Positions 40,182 to 52,800 of a stretch of DNA of 64,000 bases are shown here, one piece after another (the stretch's first letter is position 1; the number at the start of each line of letters is the position of its first letter). A model generated the notes under the pieces. That model was not told where the DNA came from. It worked only from the letters and a program-made list of their open reading frames with translations, and ran no database searches. The translations under genes were made by a program, and so were the position numbers. Origin of the DNA: Bugula neritina (taxonomy: Eukaryota; Animalia; Bryozoa); assembly GCA_964035545.1 (NCBI GenBank), contig CAXIUT010000263.1, forward strand, positions 1 through 64,000, given 5' to 3'.

Positions 40182-41420
40182 TCATTTGAGTTAGTGGTAA
40201 CTTCTCACACTATCAAAAAACCTATGACTGATAGCTTTTTCAACAGTAAATCTTTTGTCTACATCGACTTGCAACAACCCGAACAACAAGTCCTTATCAT
40301 ACCCTCTCAATACAGCCATATCATCGATATTTACAACAGGTATATCTGAGGGCAACTTAAGATGGTATCCTAGTTTGCTACATGCGGAAGTAACTGCTTC
40401 TTTTCCTAGGAAAGTGGATAGTTCTATGAGATAGTAGATGAGGTAGTTGGTTTTAGGACTGATTGGATTTTATTTTATTTATTTTTACTGGACTGGGTTA
40501 AAAATTGAATACTTTCCTAGAATAAATTCTAGCATTATGACTCCGACTGCCCATAGATCAGATTAGTAGGTTTGTTTTTAGTGTCTTAGTAATGATTATA
40601 GAGGCATGTATGATTCAGTTCCTATTTTTTGTCTACCTATAACATCCAAACAGTTGCTTATTTTTTAATGCAGTAGTAGTGTGAGTTAGTATTCTGTTCT
40701 TTATTTTTTTCTAATAAAAGAGGTGTTTTTTAGTTGTATTTTCTTTTGGAAGGAGGGATCTAGCTATGCCAGTCCAAAATCAATCAAAGTTCCTTGTTTA
40801 TTGGAGTTATTGTAGAGGAAGTTGGCAGGTTTGATGTCTCGATGATAGATTCCTTGAGTTTTAAGTGATTTGAGAGCAAGTAGCAATTCTAGGAGGTAGT
40901 GTTTGACATCTTATAGTTTTAAGTTATTGAAGAGGTCCTATAATATATATATTAGTACAATGAAATGTTTATGTTGGCAATACTATGTGACTATGTGGGT
41001 CTGGTCTTGGCATTATATTATTTTTACTAGTTTAGGCAATCGTTTTTATTTTCTTATAAGAGTTAAAAAGGCAACCTAGATATAGATCACTTCTTTGGCC
41101 ACTGTTTTGTAGTTTACTTTTACTGCTACTTACTTTCCTATATCTTCTTTGCTGGTTGCCTAAATAGAACAATCTTTACTTTATAGACTACTCCATAGGC
41201 TCCTCTTCCTATCTAGCTGACTATCTAGATGTTATAGGTGAGGAGATAGTGGAAGTTACATTTGATGGTGTAGTATTTGGGGTCATTGGGGTTTATTTTT
41301 GATTTGTATTTCAGTTATTATCTCTTCTAAAGAATTCTATTTTACCAATTATTCTATACCTATTTGTACATCTTTGTCATACTCAACAAGGAATTGGCTT
41401 ATGAAAAGGGATGTGAACAT
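40182..41420 (-). CDS. CDC7: CDC7-like Ser/Thr protein kinase
   Basis: VAVK; IYHRDIKPANFLYN...GTLIDFGLA followed by a kinase insert; GTESYMPLE, SDLWAVG and RFTVEKAISHRFF. Confidence 0.75.
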
Positions 41421-41587
41421 TTTTATCTATCTATTTATATTTTAGATATTTTTGATATTTTATTTTTAGATAATAAATAATATTAAATGATTAGTTAATT
41501 GACCTGTTTCCTCTTTATTTTTAAATGTCGATTGTTGATATCTTTTTGAATGAATGAATAAATAAAATAATAAAGATAATCGGCAAC

Positions 41588-42481
41588 ATGCAGGTCAATC
41601 TAAACGAATCTCGTTCTCGTGCCTTTAATATTTTTCTTAGATACCTCCAACTGGGTCTATCTCTTGTCGTATCTATCTAGCTTCTCAAGTTGGATGCTCA
41701 TAGTTGTGATAAAAAGTACTATCAACTGCTATAGATTACTACTATCTTGCTGACTGTCATCAGCATAATAGGTTTGATAACTTTTAGATGTCGAGATGGC
41801 TTTAATAAAAGCTGTTTCTTTGTTGTGTTGGCCTTGTGTCTGCTCCTGGCTGGTGTGACTCTTGTGGTCGGGTTTATTGGATATGGAGAGACTCCTATCT
41901 GTCCTGGAAATAACGTCATATATCGTTTTTTGATAGGATAGACAATAGTGTTGGTGGTGCTAGGTCTATCAATATTGTTTTTGCCTTTTTTTTGGATTCA
42001 AAGATATACTAATTCACCTGGTAATATAACTTGGTTATTCTTATTTTTTGGATATTCGTGGTCAAGTCACTACAAAACTTTGATGCTAATCATCGGAATT
42101 CTGATAATACTTATCAGTTTGATAACTCTCGTGATAAACATAGGAGCACTGGGAGGAATAACTACTTCTATAAAGAGGATAATAACTTTTTGCTGGGCTG
42201 TCTGTCTGATCATGATGATAGTTGCCTAAATACTAGCCATAACGACTTACATCTAGGACAAAGATTTTAGAGAATATAATGATCTTTTGGGTAAGAAGTT
42301 ACTACTATTGTTTATAGTGGTGAATGTGATAGAGTTGCTGTTTTGGTTGTTGGGCCTGATGACTTTACAGCACTAGTATGGAGATACTGTGAGGGAAGGG
42401 CTGATGAACTAGCCTGATGGAGGGCTAGAAGATCACTAATGGAAAGAAGAAGACGCTGGAGGATTTGGAACATTGAAGTGA
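41588..42481 (+). CDS. Multi-pass (~7 TM) membrane protein
   Basis: Intronless frame from MQVNLNESR... with many hydrophobic segments. Confidence 0.75.
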
Positions 42482-42837
42482 TATGTTTTGACTTTGATTA
42501 TACTATTAGATAGTCAGAAGGACAGGATAGAACTTATAAAGTCGAATTAATATATTTATAGGGGTAAAATCCAGTTTTTTTGATTTTCGCTGGAATTTAA
42601 AATCAATTATATGCGACAATAAATTTAAATAACCTAACCTACAGTAGATATTCTGTAAACTATTGCTCTGTAAGCTCTATACTCAGTTAGTTTGGCCAAA
42701 ACAAAGTAGATAATAGGCGGGTATTATAAAATCGGTTGATTGCAGATGATTTGGTTGTAAAAATATTAGCGTTTTATGTTAGGACAGTACTAATACTGTG
42801 ATAATTGATTATATATATTAATTTTAAAATTTAGTTA

Positions 42838-44280
42838 ATGGAGAACCAATAATTTTATTAACAAAGCTAAAATGCCATCAAACTCTTCGATTTCTGTCCT
42901 TAAAACAAATAAAACCACTCTTAGATTTTGAGTAATCAATGTTAGAAAGAATGCTTGTTATTTACTGATTCTCCTTTATTCGAAGAGCCTTCAACACAAA
43001 CAATTCAAAAAAGATAGATAAGACTCCAAATCAAAGGCTAATGGATAATCCAAGTCCACCACCTATCGAAAACCTTCCTCTCCAAATTCAGATGTAATGC
43101 TTGTCATCAATTCTAAGTCTTGAGGGTGGAGAAAGGGGTACTCATATCAATATAAAGGTTTAGAACACTGACCTGGTAGCAAATTCACTCATTTTGCATT
43201 TTCCAGAGCATGGGAATAAGAGGTTGGTTTTTACAGTGAAATAAAGCTAAAGAGATTAATTATAAGCCTTTGTTGAAGTTTTGGCAGACAAATATATCAC
43301 TCAAAAAGGATTTAACTAAACCTATAAACCTATCAGACGCCTTGGCAGAGGCTTTACCTCCAATGTCTTCTTGGCTCTTAACCTGATCGACCGTAAAACC
43401 TATGCAGTCAAGTGCTTCAAAAAATAAAACACTCATTTTAGCCTCCATAAATAAACCAAATAGGTAATCAAATCACGAATTTAGCTTGCCTTCCACAAAG
43501 AATTCAAGATGTGGCATGCTCTTCACCATCCGAACATCGCACGGCTATACTGTGTGTATGAGTCTGATAATTCTGTTTACATGATAACAGAAGAATTAAG
43601 GATGACTCTTCAGGGGTTTGTTGCTAGTTATGGGGCAATAAAACAGAGCCAGGTGAAGTTGATCTTAAAGAGGTTGTTGGAAGTGGTTGAGTACATGCAT
43701 GGATTGGGTATCATGCATCGAGACATTAAATTATAAAATATAATGCTTAGAAAAAGAGACCTGTAAGAGAAGAAGTTGTAGCCGGTTGTAGTTGATTTCG
43801 GGTTGGCATAGTAAATGAAGAATGATAGCTTTTTGTTTATGAAGTGCGGGACTCCAGGCTATACTGCTCCTGAGATATTGGATATCAAAAGTAGAAATAG
43901 TGGTCAAAGGTATGATGAGAAATGCGATATGTTTTCAATTGGTATGGTTGCATACTAGCTGTAAGTTTTCTTTTATATAGTTTGCTAAAGAAAAACCCAT
44001 TTGTTTGTGATAGTAAAGAATAAACAATAGATAGAAATTAGCGTTGCTAGTTGGATTTTGGGACATTAGTTGGCAATAGAATAGGATAAGTCGGCATTGA
44101 TTTTCTTATGAAGTTAGTTTCCAGAAATCCATCTTTGAGGATGAGTGCTAGTGAAGCTTTAAATCATAGATTTTTGAACAGTAAGTAAGAGTAGAGACAA
44201 AAATAGCAAGAAGTATTTTTAATATAATAAAGATTTCTACGACTTTGTTGCTTCCAAGGAAAGAATAAAACTGGAAATGA
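42838..44280 (+). CDS. CAMK-group Ser/Thr kinase with N-terminal extension
   Basis: Motifs YAVK, HPNIARL, MHRDIKLENIM, VDFGLA, CGTPGYTAPE and KCDMFSIG. Introns at ~43463-43483 and 43961-43980. Confidence 0.9.
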
Positions 44281-44379
44281 TGTTTATCATTCCTTAATAA
44301 GCTACTTGATTGATTGTTTGATATAATTAAAACTATATTTATTAATTGTTTTTTGCAACTTATAATAAATAATCTAGTC

Positions 44380-44862
44380 ATGAAGAGAACTAAATAGGCT
44401 TACTACAGACCTAATCCAAGTTTCGATGAGACCAAACAGAGTTCAGGAGTGACTTTTGTGATTGGTGAGGATATGAGTTACTATGATCGAACAAGACAGA
44501 ATCAGAAAATGCAGAAATAGTTTTTGGATGAGCAAGTAGAGCAGAAAAAGATGATAAAAGCCAACGAGAAGAAGATAGGGGAACAATTTGACCAACAACT
44601 ATTGCATAATACTCACCAAAGGGGACAACTTTAATTGGAAAAACATCAAAGATTGCACCAAGTAGAGAGAGCTCATGACCTTTTCAACCTAAATCAGGTA
44701 TTATTTTGATAAAATAGACCAACTAGAAGAAGTAGAGGGAAAGATTGGAGAAGTAGAAGTAGTTGGAGGAAGCAAGGATCGAGAGATAACTCCTAAACCA
44801 AAGAAAAGTAAAGAGATATGGAATTTGATTTGAGATAGATTCATGATCAACTAACTTCTTGA
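44380..44862 (+). CDS. RIB43A-like ciliary microtubule inner protein (short form)
   Basis: SSGVTFVIGEDMSYYDRTRQNQKMQKEFLDEQ matches the RIB43A GED motif. Intron at 44698-44717. Confidence 0.65.
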
Positions 44863-44995
44863 GAATTATCAATCAATCTAATAACTATTTTAGGACTCAT
44901 AATGAAGATAGATGATGAACAATAAATAACAATAAAGTAGTTTTGAAGGGTCAAAGTTGGATAAAAAGATGGACAGATAGTTGATGAATGTTATA

Positions 44996-45080
44996 TGAAG
45001 TCGTGGATGATAAAGTGAGTGTTAAATGAAGTCGTGGATGATAAAGTGAGTGTTAAATGAAGTCGTGGATGATAAAGTGA
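44996..45080. repeat. 31-bp tandem repeat x~2.7 between convergent genes
   Basis: atgaagtcgtggatgataaagtgagtgttaa is repeated perfectly. Confidence 0.92.
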
Positions 45081-45084
45081 AGGA

Positions 45085-46310
45085 TCAGATGTAGAGGGGT
45101 TCTATATATTTTGCGTAGACTCCTACGGTGGCACAGCAGGGACAGGGGAGGCTAGTTAGTTTATTTTTGTGCCTGGCTTGTATCTTTTTGAAGCAGGGTT
45201 CACACATCATCAGGTGTCTGCATTTGGTATTGATCATAGTGGACTATCCGTTCAGACATATTTTGCATCCTTTCAAATCATATAAATGACTATCCGTATC
45301 TATTTATATCTTTATATCGTTAGCAGTTGTTTAGGCTGTTTTCGTGGTTTTGTTTGTATGTGGGTTATCTTTGGGAGTTTGATTGAGTTTTGCACTGGTG
45401 GTGTCGTTTTTTTAGTTGAAAAGAAGTTAAAGAAAGTAATTATCATTATTGTTTTATCTTTTCTTTTATTACTTTATTTATCTTTTCTTTTATTGCTTTA
45501 TCTATTTTACGTGTGAACTTTTATAGCATTGTTTGCAGATGTTATATCCTTACTACCTAAGTTGTAACTTTTTGAGTTAGTACTTTTTAAAACAATCATT
45601 GCACTAAAACAAATCTTTTTTTTATGTTTTTTATTTTTAGTTTAAAGCAAATTGTCCTAACATAAAAAAATCTAGTGCCTAATCTTTTTATTTGATAAAA
45701 TTAAGTCCTTATTATTTTTTGATTGATTTTTTTTAATAAGGTTTTATGTTATTTTTGATGAGATTAGGTTTTGAGTAGGTTCTATCTGGTTTTTATATTT
45801 ATTTTATTTTAGGCAAATTTTTTACTTTATACTATCCAAAATCAGGTTTTATCTATCTCTACATCTTCTACTCCAGTCCCTTACACTGATAACCATAGCA
45901 TTTCTGACATATCACCATTCCTTAAAGCTAAACAGGTTTGTTATTCTTTCTATCGATCTAGCCATCGCATAAGTTACAAATCTATTTGTTGATAACGTGT
46001 TTCCAAGGCTGGCAGATAGTACATATAACATTGTTACCAATCTGATCTACATTTCTTTTTCTGATTGTGCCATCGATAACGTTATTGCATTTTTTGCAGA
46101 ATGGAACTAGAGATATCATGTATTGGTAGAACAGTAGCATGTCTTAGTCGGCAGAATTATTTGAAATTGCATCTTGGATAAAAGTTAAACAGTCTTTATC
46201 GATATAGGAACCTTCAGTTAGGAGGACTGCGTTTGGTTTTAGACGGTTGCCGCATTGGATGCAGGTCCTTGGTTATGAAAGAGGTACTTCTATTCTGTTG
46301 GGTTGAGCAT
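45085..46310 (-). CDS. Cys-rich protein with C-terminal RING (C3HC4, IAP/Mdm2-type)
   Basis: CKICLNGESTMINTKCRHLMMCEPC...LPCPCC...YIEPLYI*, plus several N-terminal CxxC pairs. Confidence 0.75.
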
Positions 46311-46532
46311 ATTATTTAAGTAAGGATTATATTGTAAGGAAATCATAAAAGAATTAGCTATTTTTATTACTCTTCTTATTAAAATTATTTATTCAATCAA
46401 CTTTAGTCCAAAAGTCAAATTAATTAAATTTATACCTATCTTAGTAGTAATTGATCTTTTATCAATTCTAAATAATATATTTAAATATCAACATTTGATA
46501 TGGATATTTGTTAGTTAGTTAGGTAGATTTAT

Positions 46533-46613
46533 GGGGTTGGGGTTGGGGTTGGGGTTGGGGTTGGGGTTGGGGTTGGGGTTGGGGTTGGGGTTGGGGTTGG
46601 GGTTGGGGTTGGG
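46533..46613 (+). repeat. Internal telomere tract (GGGGTT)13GGG, 81 nt
   Basis: Perfect G4T2 repeats ending TTGGG. Confidence 0.97.
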
Positions 46614-49600
46614 AGCCATCACAGGTGAAGGTATTGATTTTATCATAAAACAAAACAACACCTCAATAATTCTATCATATAAAGCCTTGTTTGAATTTAA
46701 TAAAATTGGATCTATCGTACAATAAGATAATATCATTTCCCAATGGGTTTTCAGTTTCGTCATTCAAACATCTAAGAACCCTATTCCTACATTATAATAA
46801 ATTTACTACCATCAAAAGTGTTATCCCTATCACCTAGACCAACAGTATTCAGTATTTAACATTATTTGGCAACCCTTTAGAGTAAGGTAAGCTAAGACAC
46901 CTTTTTGTCAATTTGATGACTTCACTGATGCTAATGGATGATAAAATTATCAAAATTGAATAAAGATATAAAGAAGTAGTCTAAACTAAATATAAATTGT
47001 TGCCATTTCCTTTGCTTAAATAGAAATAGATGGAAAATACTTAGTCGTATTTATAAAATACTGTTAAAGAGTTGACGATTGTTAGAAAAAGTTACCTAGA
47101 TGCCAATCCTGTTGTCAAAATACAAAGATGGTGGAAAAAAATATCAAAAATCAAATACAAAAAATGGAAAGTAGTCACACTGACCAAATAATAAACGTCC
47201 TTTCATGATTTCATTCCAGTAAAATAACATAGACTAGAACTTTAAAGATTGATTACTTAGAAAATGGAAATAAGTAGAAGCAATGCCTAGATAATTGACG
47301 GACTTGTCAAAGGACATTGGACCTTCTGGAAAACTGTTTATTAGATAATTCAGAATAAATAGGTATACATCAGTAGGTAGTTTTGCCTTTAAAACGGAAT
47401 TTAGTTTGAGGAGAATTATAAGTTATAAATTATGAGGTCTTTTGGTGATATTGAGAATAATATCAATAAGAAAAGACGATTGGGATTTTTTATTGGATAT
47501 CATAGTAGAATGATATTTAGAAGTAGTAGTAATAAAGATAAAAAACTAAAACCTTTTTTGAAACTAAAATATATAAACAAAAATATAAATTTCAATAAAT
47601 AAAGACATAAAAAAGCAAATGATAAGTTATAAAAACTAACTCAAACCTATAAAAACTATGTAATACCAAAAAAACCAATTTCTTAATTATTAAAATAAAT
47701 AAAAAACCAATACTATATCTACATAAAATCCCATTTATAAACTAATACGATTAGACCATTTCCATTTGTATTTTAGTCGTTTCTAATTCGTTCAAAATCA
47801 GCAACAACAATCCAAAGAATATGGCGTGGCAGTCGTGTTCGTAAAGAATTCAATGGTCGTATTTATGTGAGATAAAAATAGGCAGCTATTACTATTCAAA
47901 GATGGGTTAGAAATTTAAAATTCAAACACAGGTATATTTTCTTGTTATAAGCCAAGGCCTATCTCAAAAAATAGAGCAAAAGTAAAGAAATAGTGTTAGA
48001 GATGAGTCAAATACAAGCTATTGAAGCATATTGCTAACACAAGGAACAACAAGGAGTTAATTTTATGAACTGTTTTCAGTAATGTCAGTTTATATTAACT
48101 AAAAGTATCAAAGTTAGTGATGATGGCTAGCGTGGATGGAATGTAGTATTTTATGGCGAAAGGAAACCTTATCCTGGATACATGAATTTGACTTTTGGGG
48201 TAAGTGAGGGTAAAAGGTAAGGATAACAATCAAACATTTTATAAATACTATTTAAAGGAGCAAAGTCAATATAAAAATTAGTTGATTCCAAAGGAACTAA
48301 ATATATTAAATTTACATATTCTTCACTAGAATAGACACTAAATCGTAAATACATTTTAGCTCTTAAAACATATCGAATGCATAATCATCAATTTATTACT
48401 ACTTTACCTCAAGTTCATTATACAACTAGTGTCAATTTGCTGTAAGAGGTAGGTGGAAGTCGACTGGTTAGTATGGTATATGACAGTCAGAGACATCTGC
48501 CTAAAGATAGTCCTGAATATAGATTTAGGTAGATATCTTAATCTAAATCAGTTTTAAGTTTAGGAAGTGAGTTAAGAGTTATAGATGATGTTGTCTTTAT
48601 GAAAATAAAGTTCTATATTGGTGCTAGCGATCTATCATCGACTCTTATGTTGAAAGTACCTGGATTTATGAATAAATAACAGGATCGTAGTATGTTATCG
48701 TTGAAGGACAGGTTTTATTTTGGTCATAGAAAGAATAAATCAAAAAGATATGAAGAAGACAACACTGAAAGTATATCAAAAATATCAAGAAATATTTTAA
48801 GTCTTAACCAGCTAGATGATAGTTTATCTTTTAGAAAGAAGTCTGGAATTGATAGATAAAAAATATTGAATACTGATCAATCTCACAGCTATATAGATTC
48901 TTTAAGTCCTAAAAATTCATAACCTCGTCTAAGGAATCGCTAGTTTTATGATAAATTCGACAAACAAATCTATCCACCACAAACTTCTCTTCTCAAGTAG
49001 TCAGCTCGTTATAAAAAACATTTGTAGGAAGTAGACGATCTTAAAAACAAAAGAAAAATTATTGAAGGAATTCGCTAAAGTCATCGCTAAAGAATCAACT
49101 AAGTAGTGAACAGGAAGTACTAGCAGTTAGTTTAGTTGAAAGAGAATTCGAATAAAGAGCAAGAAGCCACAAATAGAAAACTAGAGGAGATCAGATAGGA
49201 AATGACCAAAAATAGATAAGCCAAACATGATAGAATAAGACATGCGAGAAAGAGTAGTAATGATGTATTTGAAGGCTAGTTTGCGAGGAAAGGAAATAGA
49301 AGTATTAATCGACAAGTAAAATAGTTTTAGAAGAAGAGTCGGTCATATAGATAGTATAAACCAGAGACAGAGTATCAATCAAAATAGAAGAAGAAGGAGA
49401 AGAAAGAAGAGAAAATAAAGAAGATACCAAGAGGACATTTTATTCAAAAAACGGAAATCAAAGAATTTTCTATAAATATAACTTAAGGAGATTGCAGTAT
49501 AAAGATTACATAGAGCGGAAGAGAGCATCTGAAATAGCTTTAATCTGAACTTTATTCGAGATAGAAAGATATAAAGCATATAAAGAGTCGTTTTTCTAAG

Positions 49601-49789
49601 CAGAAGAGTCAGGCTAGTGAGAGCAGTGAACTGATTGGAGCGAGGAGCTAGGCTGCGGAAGAAGAGAAGGATAGTAAGAAGAAGTTGCATAAGAAGCGAA
49701 TGGTTCATTCTGTTTTTCCTTAAGAGTTTTATCCATTGAAGCAGACTCAGCAAATTGGCTTTTAGTTGCCCAAAATAGGCAAATCTTGA
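46613..49789 (+). CDS. LRR + IQ-motif + coiled-coil protein (LRRIQ3-like), 5'-truncated
   Basis: Starts inside the first LRR (EPSQVKVLILSENK...LIKLDLSYNKI...LRTLFLHYNKF...LTLFGNP, then an LRRcap). IQ motifs IQRWWK, IQRIWRG and IQRWVR. No ATG. Confidence 0.78.
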
Positions 49790-49850
49790 TGGAAAATGGT
49801 ATATATATTGCAATATTGTTGATAGAGATGATATCAGATGATATTTATGA

Positions 49851-52800
49851 TCACTAGATGATGATTTTATGGTTTTGATTTCCATTCTGATCTTCTTCTC
49901 TTTCTAAATATTCACTTAGCACCCACTAATTGTCCACTATGAATTTGAAGTAGTAGAAATCTGGTTTAAACTTGATAGAGACTTTATAATATTTTTGGAT
50001 CTTGTCGAAAACTAACTTGGTTTTGACTTGCCAATCATCCCAGCTACCACTTACGTACACTTCTTTCGGTCTAGGTATCTTTTTGGTTTAGTAGTAAAAT
50101 GTGAATGACTTCATTTATAACCTTGATGAGCTCAGAAGGACATCTTTGTAGGTTTTTAGGATCTACCACTACGGTCTCCAATATTATCCATTTTAATACT
50201 AGAACAATTTAATTTACTAATTGGACTAAGGCTATGTTGATTTGAATCTTTTTATTTATGCTTATACTCTAGTTTTATCTATGTATATTTTATGTTGTAT
50301 CCTGTAAAATTAATTATTCCATCCTCGAGCCACATCTTACTCCTCCACTACACTTTAGTAAGCATTTTATCGTAGTTTTTAGTAGCTAGATTTGTTGCGA
50401 TAGCATTCGATGGCACGACGAAGACATTTTTTATAATCCTAAAGGTCGTAGGAAAGGAAGTTAAATCCATTTCCTTTTTGAGTTTTCATATCATATTAAA
50501 AAACTGTATCTTTAAGGCCACCAGTGCAGAAAGTAATGACTGGGGTGCCACCACAAAAGAACTAATGTTGAACAATGCCTCCAGGTTCAAACATTGAAGG
50601 CATCAGTGCAAAATCACTTCCGATATTGACAAGAGGACCATCACTAAAAAATTGTTCAGGACTGCTCCAAAAGCAAAGAGGAAACTTGTTATTCAAATAC
50701 TTCATTTTATCTACACAGTACTTCCCATATTATTCTTTACTGTCAGCCATTCCTCCCACCAGAAATTGTAGGTTGAAATTGTATTCATACAAAAGACTTT
50801 ATATGGCCTATAGGATGAGATGGACTCCCTTCTGTCTTGTAACTCTTCCAATAAAAGCAAACAGGGGAACATCTTTTATATCCTGACAGTTAAAATACTT
50901 TTGCTGGAGCATTCTCTTGGAATCCGGATGGTTCCCGGGAGTTTTAGTGCGAAGAATACTATTGCGTTCATCTTTACGAATTCCGTTTGGGAAAGAGAAA
51001 GGATGAGGGTGTTTCCAGAGGATATTTGCCAAGTCAGATTCTTTTAGAAGTTATATTTTGTAGGAGTTAGAGACAGTGCCCCAGTTATCACAAGTCTCAA
51101 GAGCACACTTCGAAGGGTTTATTATCAACTTATTGGCTTTATACTACAGATAAAGCTGAGGATCCAAACCTATCAGCCACTAAAGGTTGCCTTCTTCGAC
51201 CTTAGGATAGAGTCGACCTTCATAGAGAGGATCAAGATTATGTACAATGTGCATGAATTTGGTTCCTCCGAAGACTTTGAATTGTTTTTTTTTTGCATAT
51301 GCACTAACGAATCCACACATCCAATCGTTAGTACAGACAACAGAGGGATATATTTTTAATTGGCAGAAGAGCTAGAGTGTGGTGAGCGCAAAGAAGACAA
51401 GTTGCTTAGTAACATAGAGAGCACCTTATCCTTGATATGGTTTTGAAAAGAGCTATGGATTATGGAACCAGATATAATTGACTCCTTGATATTTGCCTCT
51501 GTGAATGCCGAATTAATATTAAAATTGAACTGTTTTTACTGTTATGTTGTTTTAGTAGAGAAAACCATCACGTTAGAGATAGTTTGTCTCATTCTTTTTG
51601 TTGTATTCGTAGTATGGAGTCATGATGTATACTTACTCTCCAAGTCTAACCAACTATTTGGATAGTTCATCTACCATTACAGCTAGTCCTCCTACGCAAC
51701 TCCAACGACCTATTTCAGGAGTGACAAAGGCGATGGGACCGAGAGTGTTTCCTCCAAGAATATCAGTTATACAGCGTTTGAGTAGATAGTTGAGTTCTGG
51801 TTGGCTTGAAATGAGCTAGAACACTCCAAAGAGTTTTTAGAGGTTGCGTTTGTTCATATAGAACTAATGGTTTTTAGTGATAAGAAGGGTGAAATTAAGA
51901 TTATAGGGCTATATGCATTTAGTGTAGAGTTGGTTAAGCCCTTGGACAATACCTGTTTTAGTTTTAGTTTTGTCTAGTAAAAAGTTGAGTTAGTTAAAGA
52001 ATACACATGAATGGATCCAAGCTGGAGGCTACCTACTTAACCTTTCCTTAATTCTTAGTGATGAACATTTGATGGCCTTGTCTATGCAGTTATCTTTTTG
52101 TAGAGTCAATTTCCAGATGATGGTTTTATATGGTTTTATGTGTAGGTCAATTTTTGAGTGTAGAAGCTAACTTGCTAGGTAATATTCTTCAGTGAATTTG
52201 GTCGAGTTGAGGATGGATTCCAGTTTGAAGACTAGACCTGACCTTTCATAGTTTTTGAATAATCTTTTGAGAGGTTGTAAGTTAAAGTACATATCGATTT
52301 AGTCTTGATTAAAATTTATAGCAACCAGTAAGATAGTTTACTAGTTATATCTAGCAAAGGAAAGAACGTTATTGTGGTGTCCATATTGGTGTTATGCTCC
52401 AATATTGACAAAATGACCATTGCGGAGAATTTACATCGAGTTGCGAAGTTAACGACGGTGAGAGTAATGTTTGAATATTTAGCCAAGATCAAAACCATAT
52501 TATGGACCTACTTATTTACGGATTGTCTATTATAGATAGCGTAGTTGACTTGGATCTTTGAGTTGGGTATTGCAACACTAAATCACTTGACCTTTCTTTG
52601 CTTTTGGAAGGTCTTCATTCAACAAAAATGATGATTTTGCTCTATCGAATCTCTTGTTGTCTTTAGAATTTAGTCTTTAGCTTTATTTTTTGTCATAGTC
52701 AAAAGGAATATAGTTAATATTGATACTTTTACTTTTATATGATCTTCCTAACACCTAATATCCTGAAGTCATGGTGAGCATTGGCATGAGGAAAAGCAAA

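Noticed and set aside
40182-40349. Extension of the + strand hypothetical gene overlapping CDC7
   Set aside because: The + gene stops at 40133. This region encodes the CDC7 C-lobe on the minus strand.
44996-45080. CRISPR-like array (31-bp repeats)
   Set aside because: The repeats are contiguous with no spacers, the context is eukaryotic, and no cas genes are present.
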